Shown here: positions 36,154-46,149 of the stretch, in pieces
Position numbering within the stretch: the stretch's first letter is position 1
Layout: every line of letters starts with the position of its first letter
Assembly: GCA_003153775.1 (NCBI GenBank)
Contig: PMBI01000094.1
Location: forward strand, 70,959 to 134,958
DNA length: 64,000 nucleotides
Direction of reading: 5' to 3'
DNA from: Syntrophaceae bacterium
Lineage (GTDB): Bacteria; Desulfobacterota; Syntrophia; Syntrophales; UBA2185
Translations under genes and position numbers: made by a program
The notes under the pieces: model-generated
Seen by the model: the letters and a program-made list of their open reading frames with translations, nothing else
Databases searched by the model: none
What the model was told of the DNA's origin: nothing

Positions 36154-36192
36154 TCGGTGGACGGTTTCCTTCCCTCCTTTGCCGTCCACCGA
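36154..36192. terminator. Perfect 11-bp stem hairpin between convergent units
   Basis: TCGGTGGACGG, 17-nt loop, CCGTCCACCGA. No U-tract on either strand, so it could be a bidirectional or factor-dependent terminator or a stabiliser. Confidence 0.4.
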
Positions 36193-36316
36193 TCCCCCGT
36201 GCAGACAAATGATGAAGGGTCAAACATTCTCGCCATAATGGATGACGCGGCTATATTCATCCTTTCAGGCGTCCATCGTCCCGATAAATAGACTTTGCTC
36301 CAATGGACGATTGTAT

Positions 36317-37411
36317 TCAGACATGAAATCGGAAGTAAGCAATATCGCCATCGGCTATCATATAATCTCTTCCTTCGATCCTTATCAGTCCTGCTTCCCT
36401 CGCTGAAGATAAGCTGCCCGCGCGAATAAAATCGTTGTAGTGTATTATATCCGCTTTTATGAACCCCTCCTCCATATCGCTGTGTATCTTTCCCGCAGCT
36501 TCCGGCGCTCGCGAACCGCGGGGCACCGTCCAGGCCCGGAGTTCCGGGCCGACCGTTGTGTAAAACGTTAGCAATCCCAGGAGAGCGTACCCTGCCCGAA
36601 TTAGCTTACTGAGGCCCGGCTCCTCTATGCCCAGACCATTGAGAAATACCTGTTGCTCGTCTTTAGGAAGTTCTGCTATTTCCGCTTCCAAATCCCCGCA
36701 GATGGCGATTGCGTTTGAATCTTCCTTGCGTGCAATCGATTCCACTTTCAGGATGCAGTCAGTAGCACCCTTGAGGACAGCCTCGCTGACATTAGAAACA
36801 TACAGGACTTTCTTTGACGTAAGCAGGTGGAGGTCTCGCACGATCATCTGCTCATCTTCCTGTAAGGTCATCTCGCGTGCAACGGTTCCCGTTGCAAGAA
36901 CGTCCTTGATGCGGAGACATGTATCTAACTCTTTACGGGCGACCTTGTCTCCTGTTTTTGCGAGCCTTTCGATCTTCGCAATTCTCTTTTCGACGGTTTC
37001 CAGATCGGCTATAATCAATTCCGTATTTATTATCTCTATATCGCGTTCAGGGTCGACGGCGCCGTAGATATGGACGACAGACGGATGATCGAAGCATCGT
37101 ACGATGTGCACGATAGCATCAACTTCCCTGATATGGCCCAAGAACTTGTTGCCAAGACCTTCACCTTTGCTTGCACCTTTGACGAGCCCGGCGATGTCAA
37201 GGAATTCCATGGTGGCAGGAGTAACTTTCGGAGGTCTGACAATTTCGGCAATTCTTTGCAGCCGTTCATCCGGAACTTGTACAATCCCGATATTGGGGTC
37301 GATGGTGCAGAAGGGATAATTGGCCACTTCGGCTCCTGCGGCGGTCAAGGCATTGAATATTGTGGATTTCCCAACATTGGGAAGTCCGATAATACCGCAC
37401 TTGAAGCCCAC
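36317..37411 (-). CDS. ychF: Ribosome-binding ATPase YchF
   Basis: [23 protein letters not shown], a TGS-like C-terminus, 364 aa. Confidence 0.95.
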   Translation of the reverse strand: MGFKCGIIGLPNVGKSTIFNALTAAGAEVANYPFCTIDPNIGIVQVPDERLQRIAEIVRPPKVTPATMEFLDIAGLVKGASKGEGLGNKFLGHIREVDAIVHIVRCFDHPSVVHIYGAVDPERDIEIINTELIIADLETVEKRIAKIERLAKTGDKVARKELDTCLRIKDVLATGTVAREMTLQEDEQMIVRDLHLLTSKKVLYVSNVSEAVLKGATDCILKVESIARKEDSNAIAICGDLEAEIAELPKDEQQVFLNGLGIEEPGLSKLIRAGYALLGLLTFYTTVGPELRAWTVPRGSRAPEAAGKIHSDMEEGFIKADIIHYNDFIRAGSLSSAREAGLIRIEGRDYMIADGDIAYFRFHV

Positions 37412-37486
37412 GGTATCCTCCTTTGTCAGGCCGCTGTTCTTTTACAACTTTGATTCTTTAACAGCTGTATGGTGTATTGGGATAGA

Positions 37487-38092
37487 TCAAGGCTGCACCG
37501 CATCGCCCTCGTCCCCCACTTGACTGGCAGGTTTCTCATTGTAAAGATTCATGGCCGCCTGAATTCCGGACGTGGCAATCATTGTCACTGCATTGCTTAC
37601 CGTTTTCATGAGTTCTGGCAGCAGTCTTATTTCATCATCGGTAAACTGTTCAAGGACGTATCTCTCAACCGGCAGTTTATCAAGAGGTCTTCCGATACCG
37701 ATTCTTACCCTGATGAATTCCGGATTGACGAGGTTGTCTATTATGGAGATTAGTCCTTTATGGCCGGCATGACCGCCGCCTGCCTTCAAGCGGATTGTCC
37801 CGAAGGGGAGATCTACGTCGTCATGAACGACGATGAGGTCGTGTATGTCAATTTTGAAGTAATCTACGATCTTCTTTACTGCAGAGCCGCTGATATTCAT
37901 GAAGGTCATGGGCTTGACGAGCAGGATCGGAATGTCACCGATCCTGCCTTTTCCATAACAGGCGTCAAAACCTTTCAATTGAACGGGAATGTTGTGGCGG
38001 GCAGCGATTTCATCAACGGCCAAGAATCCACAGTTGTGCCTGGTGATCTGGTACTTGAGCCCCGGATTTCCCAGCCCTATTATAAGCTTCAA
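37487..38092 (-). CDS. pth: Peptidyl-tRNA hydrolase
   Basis: MKLIIGLGNPGLKYQITRHNCGF from a TTG at 38092, with GAGGTGA upstream. The 41-codon extension to 38215 is rejected. Confidence 0.9.
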   Translation of the reverse strand: MKLIIGLGNPGLKYQITRHNCGFLAVDEIAARHNIPVQLKGFDACYGKGRIGDIPILLVKPMTFMNISGSAVKKIVDYFKIDIHDLIVVHDDVDLPFGTIRLKAGGGHAGHKGLISIIDNLVNPEFIRVRIGIGRPLDKLPVERYVLEQFTDDEIRLLPELMKTVSNAVTMIATSGIQAAMNLYNEKPASQVGDEGDAVQP

Positions 38093-38232
38093 ACAGTCAC
38101 CTCTAAGTGGGGATAGAAGTCTTACACTTGACCGGGAGTGCAACCCGCAAACGCGGCTCTGTAGGCAGAGCGAAGCTGAGAATATTGTCTTTGCCGTGGA
38201 TGTCCCGCACTGCAAGCGGAAAGCTTCAGTGC

Positions 38233-38874
38233 TTACTTGCCTTTTTCTTCTTCTTCCGGCGTTTCTACTACTTCTCCTTCTTGTTCTTCTTCTACTGCCT
38301 CAGCTTTCACGACGGCTTTCGGTGCGGCAACCGATGCTATTATCATATCTTGCGGATCGAGGACATTTACGCCATCGGGCAATTTTATATCCTGCACTTT
38401 TACCGAATCGCCTATGTCAAGACCACTTATATCGACCTCAACAAATTCCGGCAGAACTGTGAAGAGGCAGGATACTTTTATTTCTCTTTTTATATGATGC
38501 AGCTCTCCCCCGTTATCGATGCCTATAGCCTGTCCCTTGAAATGAATAGGTACGTCGAGGGTAATAGCGCGTTCCATGTCGATCTCGCAAAAATCAACAT
38601 GAAGGAATCTCCTGCTGACAGGGTCTATCTGCAGTTCCTTAATGAGGGTGAACTTTTCCATATTTCCGCCGTTGACTATCTGCAGGTTTATGAAAATGTT
38701 TTCCTCCTTGCCCTTTAGTATCTTCTTCAAATCCGTAGAATTCACTGCCAGCAGGACAGGTTCGCTCTTGGGGCCGTAGAATACTGCCGGTGTCATCCCT
38801 TCTCTTCTAAGTCTTCGGGAAACACCTTTTCCGGAGCTCTTCCGATGACTGGCCTTTAATTCACTTATTTCCAT
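38233..38874 (-). CDS. rplY: 50S ribosomal protein L25 / general stress protein Ctc
   Basis: 213 aa. L25/Ctc N- and C-domains with an acidic tail (EEEQEGEVVETPEEEEKGK). Confidence 0.9.
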   Translation of the reverse strand: MEISELKASHRKSSGKGVSRRLRREGMTPAVFYGPKSEPVLLAVNSTDLKKILKGKEENIFINLQIVNGGNMEKFTLIKELQIDPVSRRFLHVDFCEIDMERAITLDVPIHFKGQAIGIDNGGELHHIKREIKVSCLFTVLPEFVEVDISGLDIGDSVKVQDIKLPDGVNVLDPQDMIIASVAAPKAVVKAEAVEEEQEGEVVETPEEEEKGK

Positions 38875-38883
38875 CTATTCCTC

Positions 38884-39825
38884 CTATATGAAAAGCGAAT
38901 GTACTGAATCGTTGTAGTAGATGCGTCTGACTGCTTCACTTATCAGTCCGGCGACAGAGAGCACTTTGATGCGGTTGCAAGTCTTAGCCTTTTCATGCAG
39001 GGGAATGGTGTCAGTGACGATAATCTCCTTAAGGCTTGAACTTTCTATCCTTTCTATTGCAGGTCCGGAAAGGACGGGATGGGTACAGCACACAGAAACC
39101 TCCACGGCCCCCGCTCCTTCGAGTGCTCGGGCCGCCTGCGTTATCGTGCCCGCTGTATCGATCATATCATCAAGCACGATGACGCGTGCACCTTTCACGT
39201 CGCCGATGATATTCATGACCGCTGACTCGTTGGGACCTTCCCGTCTCTTGTCCACGATGGCAATATTGACGTCCAACCGCTTGCCGAACGCCCTCGCCCT
39301 TTCCACGCCGCCCGTGTCGGGAGATACGATGACGATATTGCCCTGATAATTTCTTCTGATGTAATCCAGGAGTACAGGGGTGGCGAAAAGATTGTCAACG
39401 GGGATATTAAAAAAACCTTGGATCTGGCCGGCATGGAGGTCTATCGAAAGAACACGAGAGGCGCCTGCTGCCGTGATAAGATCTGCCACAAGCTTTGCTG
39501 AAATCGGCGCCCGCGGTGCCACCTTTCTATCCTGTCTCGCATAACCATAATATGGTATTACAGCAGTTATACGGTCTGAAGAAGCCCTCTTCATGGCATC
39601 GATCATGATGAGGAGTTCCATGCAGGTGCTATTGACGGGCGGACAGGTCGATTGAATGATAAAAGTGTCCATACCACGCACGTTTTCATTTATTTCCACC
39701 CTTGTCTCACCGTCACTGAACGTTGTTACGCTGGCCTTGCCGAGCGATACTCCCAAGTTTTCACAGACCTTCTGGGCGAGAGGCAAGTTCGCATTCCCGG
39801 AGAAAATTCTCATTCTATCAAGCAT
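38884..39825 (-). CDS. prs: Ribose-phosphate pyrophosphokinase
   Basis: 313 aa. DLHAGQIQGFF and the PRPP-binding loop VLDDMIDTAGT. Confidence 0.95.
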   Translation of the reverse strand: MLDRMRIFSGNANLPLAQKVCENLGVSLGKASVTTFSDGETRVEINENVRGMDTFIIQSTCPPVNSTCMELLIMIDAMKRASSDRITAVIPYYGYARQDRKVAPRAPISAKLVADLITAAGASRVLSIDLHAGQIQGFFNIPVDNLFATPVLLDYIRRNYQGNIVIVSPDTGGVERARAFGKRLDVNIAIVDKRREGPNESAVMNIIGDVKGARVIVLDDMIDTAGTITQAARALEGAGAVEVSVCCTHPVLSGPAIERIESSSLKEIIVTDTIPLHEKAKTCNRIKVLSVAGLISEAVRRIYYNDSVHSLFI

Positions 39826-39856
39826 GTAAATCCCTTCAAAAAAAAGTTATTATATG

Positions 39857-39931
39857 TGGCTGGGGCGGGAGGATTCGAACCTCCGTATGCAAGAACCAAA
39901 ATCTTGTGTCTTACCGCTTGACGACGCCCCA
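39857..39931 (-). tRNA. tRNA-Gln (anticodon UUG)
   Basis: Hand-folded cloverleaf: acceptor TGGGGCG/CGCCCCA, anticodon stem CAAGA/TCTTG with loop TT-TTG-GT, T arm GGAGG-TTCGAAT-CCTCC, encoded CCA. Confidence 0.9.
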
Positions 39932-39995
39932 TTATTAACTGACGTAGCAGTAGAGGAATACGAGATTCACGACGGCGGGAATGACGAAACGCGCA

Positions 39996-40838
39996 TCATA
40001 TAGAGCGAGCCGCGAATACCGACCATTCTCTCCCACCGGCGTTCTCCAAAGCCTTCTCTGCCGTAATCGCGCCTTGTTCATCTGCGAAAATTCCCATAAC
40101 CGTCGGGCCGCTACCGGACATTAGCGCGCCAAGAGCGCCATTTTGCACTAAAATGTTCTTAAAATACCGCAGAATGGGATGAAGGACCAGAGTGACCCTC
40201 TCCAGATCGTTATGGAGTCCTTTTACTACGTCATCAGCAGTATGAAGCACTGGACATTTATAATTTACAACGCGTTTTGTCAATCTTAAATTAAGGTTGT
40301 CATAAACCATTTTTGTGGAGATCCCAAAGCCGGGATTTATCAGGACAAACCACAAAGGAGGAACATTGTCGGCAGCTTGAAGACGATCGCCGATGCCGGA
40401 TGCCCAGGCTGCCTTCCCGAAGATAAAGAAAGGGACATCTGCACCGAGTTTTGCGCCGATTTTCATCAGATCATCGGTGTTATAGTGGAGATCCATCAAA
40501 TCGTTTACGGTCATGAGTGCCGTCGCTGCATTTGAACTCCCACCGCCAAGTCCGGCCGCTACAGGGATCTTTTTATTGATGGTGATATGCATGCCAGGAG
40601 GATGTGAGAGGCGGGAGAGGAGGGCATCTGCCGCTCTGTATACGATATTATCGTTGTTTTCCGGAATGGCGCTGCCGGGGCAGCTCAATGTTATGCCGTG
40701 GTCAGCCGGGGAGAATATCATTTCATCATAAAGACTAATCCTTTGCATCAACGTTGAAATATCATGAAAGCCGTCTTTCCGCTTACCCAGGACGCGGAGG
40801 TGGAGGTTGACCTTTGCAGGCGATAATTTGCTGATCAT
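39996..40838 (-). CDS. ispE: 4-diphosphocytidyl-2-C-methyl-D-erythritol kinase
   Basis: KVNLHLRVLGKRKDGFHD and the GHMP motif IPVAAGLGGGSSNAA. Confidence 0.9.
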   Translation of the reverse strand: MISKLSPAKVNLHLRVLGKRKDGFHDISTLMQRISLYDEMIFSPADHGITLSCPGSAIPENNDNIVYRAADALLSRLSHPPGMHITINKKIPVAAGLGGGSSNAATALMTVNDLMDLHYNTDDLMKIGAKLGADVPFFIFGKAAWASGIGDRLQAADNVPPLWFVLINPGFGISTKMVYDNLNLRLTKRVVNYKCPVLHTADDVVKGLHNDLERVTLVLHPILRYFKNILVQNGALGALMSGSGPTVMGIFADEQGAITAEKALENAGGREWSVFAARSI

Positions 40839-41257
40839 CCTGCTTCCTTCTCTTTGACGTATCTTATCATCAGCTCATACAGGATTCCCTCGATGAGCCC
40901 TTTTTCATCGTTATCGAGATTTCCCGCCGTTTTAATTTTTATCATGTTTAGCATGTCGATTGTTTGTTTAGCCGCAGCGAGATTCTTTTGTGCTTTATTT
41001 GTCGCGGGGTCGGGAAAATCACCGAGATGATACATGACAGTTGTACTCAGCGAAAGAACGAAATTGGAAAAGGTGACTTCCGGGATATATTCCTCCCGTG
41101 TCCCTGCCTCATCATTTTCTTTCACAGGTTTCTCCTCTGATTTCTTACCCCCTGCCGTCTCCTCTTTCTTTAAATCTTCCGCGCGTGCTTCCCCGGATTC
41201 ATCAAAAATTCGTTTATCCTTGATCACAAATCCCTTCTCTTTTTTTCCATCGTCCAT
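40835..41257 (-). CDS. DUF1844-like protein
   Basis: 140 aa. Acidic/Lys-rich N-terminus, then FSNFVLSLSTTVMYHLGDFPDP...AKQTIDMLNMIKIKTAGNL. Pattern recalled from DUF1844. 4-nt overlap with ispE. Confidence 0.65.
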   Translation of the reverse strand: MDDGKKEKGFVIKDKRIFDESGEARAEDLKKEETAGGKKSEEKPVKENDEAGTREEYIPEVTFSNFVLSLSTTVMYHLGDFPDPATNKAQKNLAAAKQTIDMLNMIKIKTAGNLDNDEKGLIEGILYELMIRYVKEKEAG

Positions 41258-41388
41258 GATAGTCTCCTTCTATGCCAACAAGCATCCGTGTTCTTCATTA
41301 AGCCTGGACTGATTCTCCGGAATAAGGCTACATGTTAAATTAACGACACTTAATTAAGAGCTTCACAACGAGCATTTACCATCTATGC

Positions 41389-42237
41389 TCACATGGGCTT
41401 CATGCTTCTTAACCGTGCAACGCGTTCTTCAATGGGAGGATGCGTACTGAAGAGATTCATAAGAGATTTTCCCGTCAGCGGGTTGACGATAAACATATGA
41501 GCGGTTGAAGGGTTTGCATCCATCGGCATCGCTTGCGATGCCTTCGACAGTTTTTCAAGGGCGCCTGCCAGGCCGTATGGTTTGCCTGATACACGGGCCC
41601 CGCCTTCATCGGCCAGGTATTCCCTCGACCTGGAAATTGCCATCTGTATAATAGTTGCCGCAATAGGTGCAAGAATCGCCATTGCGATGAGACCGATAAC
41701 GCCGCTTCCTTCCTCGCTGTCGTCGCGGTTTGAACCGCCGAAGATAGCCGCCCACTGGGCCATATTCGCCAGCATAACGATGGCTCCGGCAAGGGTTGCT
41801 GCAATGGAACCGATAAGCATGTCCTTGTTCTTAATGTGCGTCAATTCGTGGGCAAGAACGCCTTCCAGTTCTTCCCTGTTGAGAATTCTTAGGATTCCTT
41901 CTGTCACAGCGACGACGGCATGGTCGCGATTACGTCCCGTGGCGAAGGCATTGGGCGTTTCGCCGGGGACAATATAGACTTTCGGCATGGGAAGGCCGGC
42001 CTTCAAGGCCAGGTTCTTCACCACGGCGTAGAGTTGAGGCGCCTGGCTTTCTCGCACCTCCTGTGCTTTATACATGCGTAATATGAGTTTGTCGGAAAAC
42101 CAGTACGCTCCGAAATTCATCACCGTAGCAAAAATAAAGGCGATGACAACGCCCTGCTTGCCGCCGAAATATCCCCCTATCAGCATTAACAGACCCGTCA
42201 GGACGCCGAGCAACAAGCCCGTCTTAATGGTATTCAT
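41389..42237 (-). CDS. htpX: Heat-shock membrane zinc protease HtpX (M48)
   Basis: [10 protein letters not shown] (HExxH) and four TM segments. Confidence 0.9.
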   Translation of the reverse strand: MNTIKTGLLLGVLTGLLMLIGGYFGGKQGVVIAFIFATVMNFGAYWFSDKLILRMYKAQEVRESQAPQLYAVVKNLALKAGLPMPKVYIVPGETPNAFATGRNRDHAVVAVTEGILRILNREELEGVLAHELTHIKNKDMLIGSIAATLAGAIVMLANMAQWAAIFGGSNRDDSEEGSGVIGLIAMAILAPIAATIIQMAISRSREYLADEGGARVSGKPYGLAGALEKLSKASQAMPMDANPSTAHMFIVNPLTGKSLMNLFSTHPPIEERVARLRSMKPM

Positions 42238-42256
42238 CGATAAACCTCCTTGTTAC

Positions 42257-44848
42257 CTACTTCTTCCTCTTGAAAATCATCTCACCGTTTTCCTTCGCGT
42301 CAACGATGATATGTTCTCCTTCAGCAAACTTTCCTTCGAGAATTCCCATGGCAAGGGTGTCGAGAAGCAGTTTCTGGAGAGCCCGCTTCAAGGGCCGCGC
42401 ACCGTACACCGGGCTGTATCCGGTCTTTGCTATATAATTTTTTGCATTTTCTGTCAATTCAATGGTCAATTTGCGGTCTTTGAGCCTTTTCTGAATCAGA
42501 TCGATCTGGATGTCGATGATCCTGTCGATATCATCTATGGTCAATGATCTAAACGTGATGATGTCGTCTATGCGATTCAAGAATTCCGGCCGGAAGGTAG
42601 ACCTTAACATCTCCATCGTCTTCGCCCGCCTTTCTTCATCATTCATGGTCATGTCGTGAGTCCATTGGCTGCCGATGTTAGATGTCATAATGACAATGGT
42701 GTTCTTGAAATCAACAGTCCTGCCATGGCCATCGGTCAATCTGCCGTCATCCAGGATCTGCAGGAATATGTTGAATACATCCACGTGCGCCTTTTCAATT
42801 TCATCGAAGAGCACAACTGTGTATGGCCTTCTCCGTATCGCCTCGGTGAGGTAGCCGCCTTCGTCGTATCCCACATATCCCGGGGGTGCGCCGATCAGTC
42901 GGGCGACGGAGTGTTTTTCCATGTACTCGGACATGTCAATTCTGATCATGGCCTGCTCATTGTCAAACATGAACTCCGCGAGTGCGCGCGCCAGTTCTGT
43001 CTTACCGACTCCTGTAGGCCCGAGAAAAATAAAAGAGCCGATGGGCCTGTTGGGATCCTGGAGGCCCGAACGGGCTCTCCTCAAGGCGCTCGACACGGCG
43101 GCTATGCCCTCGTCCTGGCCTATGACCCTCTTCTTGAGCCTGTCTTCCATCTGTATGAGTTTCTGAACATCACTTTCCATCATGCGTGATACGGGAATGC
43201 CGGTCCAGTTTGCAACGACCTCCGCCACGTCTTCCGCATCTACCTCTTCTTTCAGCATCTTATTATTTTTCTGGATGTCAGAAAGATGGGCGTGTTCCCG
43301 CTCCAATTCCGTATTCAGTTCGACAAGCTTTCCGTATCGTATTTCAGCAGCCCTGGCCAGGTTGCCCTCCCTCTGGGCGCTCAGCTCCTCTGTCTTGTAT
43401 TCTTCGATCTTGCTCTTGATAGTCTGAATATTCTTGATAACTTCTTTTTCTCGGGCCCAGTGCGCCTTCATCTTTTCCATTGATTCCCTGAGCTTCTTCA
43501 GTTCTTTGTCGATTTTGTTGCGTCTATCCTGCGTCGTTTTATCCGATTCATTCTTGAGGGATTGGCGCTCGATCTCCAGTTGCGTTACCTTTCTTTCGAT
43601 CGCATCGATTTCAGAGGGCATGCTGTCGAGTTCAATCCTCAGGCGGGAGGCAGCCTCGTCGATCAGATCTACCGCCTTGTCGGGCAAGAACCTGTCGCTG
43701 ATGTAACGGGCGGAAAGCGTCGCCGCGGCGATGATTGCAGAATCCTTGATCCTCACCCCATGGTGCACTTCGTAACGCTCTTTTAGTCCCCGGAGGATTG
43801 CAATAGTATCCTCAACTGAAGGTTCCCTCACAATGATAGGCTGGAATCGCCGTTCAAGGGCAGGGTCTTTTTCGATGTGTTTGCGGTACTCATTCAGTGT
43901 CGTCGCACCTATACACCGCAATTCACCGCGGGCAAGTGCAGGTTTCATCATATTGGACGCATCGACGGCTCCCTCAGCGGCTCCCGCGCCGACTACCGTG
44001 TGGATCTCATCGATGAAGAGGATGATTTCCCCCTGTGCGCTTGTTATTTCCTTAAGCACTGCCTTTAGTCTTTCTTCAAATTCTCCGCGGTACTTGGCGC
44101 CGGCAATCAAGGCGCCTATGTCTAAACCGACAACACGCTTGTCCTTCAGGCTGTCCGGTACGTCACCGTTTACGATCCGCTGCGCAAGCCCCTCTACGAT
44201 AGCCGTCTTGCCCACGCCAGGTTCACCGATAAGAACAGGATTGTTCTTTGTTCTTCTGGAGAGCACCTGCATGATTCTCCTGATTTCATCGTCTCTTCCA
44301 ATGACGGGGTCAAAGGATCCTTTCTTGGCAAGTTCATTGAAGTCCCGGGCATAACGCTTCAGGGCCTGATATTTCTCTTCCGGATTCGGATCTGTAATCC
44401 TCTGGTTGCCTCTGATTTCGAGGAGGACCTTGAAGATATTATCCTTCGTAACCCCCTTGCCCTTAAGAATTTTTCCGGCGACTCCGTCCTTTTCTTCCGC
44501 CATCACAATCAGGACGTGCTCGGCGCTTACATATTCATCCTTTAATCGCGCCGCTTCGACGAGGGCGTCGTCCAATACTTTATTTAATCTCGGCGTCAAG
44601 TACGACTGGCCGATACCGGCGCCTTCAACTCTCGGTAATTTTTCGAGAGATTTCTTGATTTCGGTTTCAATTCCTCTTGGATCTGCTCCCAGCTTTTTCA
44701 GTATTTCTCCGACAATGCCTTCCGGCTGCAGGAGAAATGCAGCAAGAAGATGCTCGACATCGACACTCTGGTTTCCATACTTCTTTGCAATGTCCTGGGC
44801 CTCTTGCAGGGCCTCTTGAACTTTTAACGTAAATTTGTCAAATCTCAT
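42257..44848 (-). CDS. clpB: Disaggregase ClpB
   Basis: 863 aa. Clp-N repeats, two AAA+ modules (GEPGVGKT; GPTGVGKT) and a long middle coiled coil. Confidence 0.95.
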   Translation of the reverse strand: MRFDKFTLKVQEALQEAQDIAKKYGNQSVDVEHLLAAFLLQPEGIVGEILKKLGADPRGIETEIKKSLEKLPRVEGAGIGQSYLTPRLNKVLDDALVEAARLKDEYVSAEHVLIVMAEEKDGVAGKILKGKGVTKDNIFKVLLEIRGNQRITDPNPEEKYQALKRYARDFNELAKKGSFDPVIGRDDEIRRIMQVLSRRTKNNPVLIGEPGVGKTAIVEGLAQRIVNGDVPDSLKDKRVVGLDIGALIAGAKYRGEFEERLKAVLKEITSAQGEIILFIDEIHTVVGAGAAEGAVDASNMMKPALARGELRCIGATTLNEYRKHIEKDPALERRFQPIIVREPSVEDTIAILRGLKERYEVHHGVRIKDSAIIAAATLSARYISDRFLPDKAVDLIDEAASRLRIELDSMPSEIDAIERKVTQLEIERQSLKNESDKTTQDRRNKIDKELKKLRESMEKMKAHWAREKEVIKNIQTIKSKIEEYKTEELSAQREGNLARAAEIRYGKLVELNTELEREHAHLSDIQKNNKMLKEEVDAEDVAEVVANWTGIPVSRMMESDVQKLIQMEDRLKKRVIGQDEGIAAVSSALRRARSGLQDPNRPIGSFIFLGPTGVGKTELARALAEFMFDNEQAMIRIDMSEYMEKHSVARLIGAPPGYVGYDEGGYLTEAIRRRPYTVVLFDEIEKAHVDVFNIFLQILDDGRLTDGHGRTVDFKNTIVIMTSNIGSQWTHDMTMNDEERRAKTMEMLRSTFRPEFLNRIDDIITFRSLTIDDIDRIIDIQIDLIQKRLKDRKLTIELTENAKNYIAKTGYSPVYGARPLKRALQKLLLDTLAMGILEGKFAEGEHIIVDAKENGEMIFKRKK

Positions 44849-45080
44849 GATACCTCCAATGATCCCGGGTTTCTCCTTATTCCATCTGTTTTTAACGTCA
44901 ACATCTGACCCTCATGGGATATGCGCTCGCGGCGAAGAAAGATACGCCGCAATCCGGGCTTTCATGGTGTTTACGGAGCCGCGCTCCAGGCGTTCAAAGG
45001 GTGAATTACATTCATCAATGTAAACATGGGTAGGCAATCTGTCAAGGTATGCGCCATGGAGAAAAAATGTGTCAAAGATA

Positions 45081-45110
45081 TTGACGGGAGGATCGAATGC
45101 ATAATAGAAT
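45081..45110 (+). promoter_or_regulatory. Candidate sigma-70 promoter for rpoH
   Basis: TTGACG (45081-86), 18-nt spacer, TAGAAT (45105-10). Confidence 0.35.
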
Positions 45111-45152
45111 TATAAGTTAGAAGTCAAATAAAGAAACTTGGTGAGGTATTAA

Positions 45153-46019
45153 TTGGAACTGCCGTCAGTCACGAGTACTCTTGACATCTATATAGCGCAG
45201 ATAAATCGCTATCCCATTCTCAGTGCGGATGAAGAATTCAGGTTTGCCGTCAAATTTAAGAAATATAATGACATGGAGGCGGCCGAGATGCTGGTCATTT
45301 CGAACCTGAGGTTCGTGGTCAAGATTGCGCACGAATACAGAAATTACGGGATCAAACTCGCCGACCTGATTCAGGAAGGAAATATAGGGCTCATGCATGC
45401 CGTGAAAAAGTTTGATCCTTATAAAGGATACAGACTGATATCTTATGCGGTGTGGTGGATAAGGGCATACATTCAAAATTTTATAATTAAATCGTGGAGT
45501 CTTGTAAAAATCGGGACTACGCAGGCCCAGAGGAAACTCTTTTTCAAGCTTGGTCAGGCGAAAAAGAAGCTTGAGGCCCTGTCGCAGAAGAACCCTGAAT
45601 TCGGCGAAATTGCGGAGTCTCTTGGCGTCAAGGAAACAGAAATTGCAGAAATGGACCAGAGGCTTACTTATCGCGATCTGTCGCTTGATTCATACATCGG
45701 TCAAGAGGGAGAAACGTCTCATCTCGATCATTTGACTTATGAGGGCGAGGATCAGGAGACTTCCCTGATTAAGAAAGAGGAGATGGATATCGTAAAAAGA
45801 AACATTGCCGGCGCCCTCACAAATCTCAATGAAAGGGAGAGCTATATCGTCAGAAACCGTATCATGACGGACAAACCGAAAACCCTTCAGGAGATCGGAA
45901 ATAAGTACAACATTACCAGGGAAAGGGCCAGACAGATCGAGAAGCAGGCCCTGAAAAAATTGCGACTGGCCATTCCATATTCAGGAAAAGAGCTGGATCT
46001 GCTCCCGGCAGAGACGTGA
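45153..46019 (+). CDS. rpoH: RNA polymerase sigma-32 factor
   Basis: Sigma-70 regions 2-4 plus an RpoH-box-like segment (TTQAQRKLFFKLGQAKKKL). TTG start with GGTGAGG upstream. Confidence 0.85.
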   Translation: MELPSVTSTLDIYIAQINRYPILSADEEFRFAVKFKKYNDMEAAEMLVISNLRFVVKIAHEYRNYGIKLADLIQEGNIGLMHAVKKFDPYKGYRLISYAVWWIRAYIQNFIIKSWSLVKIGTTQAQRKLFFKLGQAKKKLEALSQKNPEFGEIAESLGVKETEIAEMDQRLTYRDLSLDSYIGQEGETSHLDHLTYEGEDQETSLIKKEEMDIVKRNIAGALTNLNERESYIVRNRIMTDKPKTLQEIGNKYNITRERARQIEKQALKKLRLAIPYSGKELDLLPAET

Positions 46020-46149
46020 CAGCGTCAGACGATGCAGTAGATTCTAACGATGCGGTACCGAGAGAGCGCCGACTTTTTGATATAGTACGTTGTGCGGAAA
46101 CTTCCGGAGAAGATGAAGCGCAAGATCCAATCCATATTTTCCCGTCTGG

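Noticed and set aside
37989-38718. 157-aa and 203-aa plus-strand ORFs opposite pth and L25
   Set aside because: Low-complexity translations (runs of F, L, S) antisense to conserved genes. No start context.
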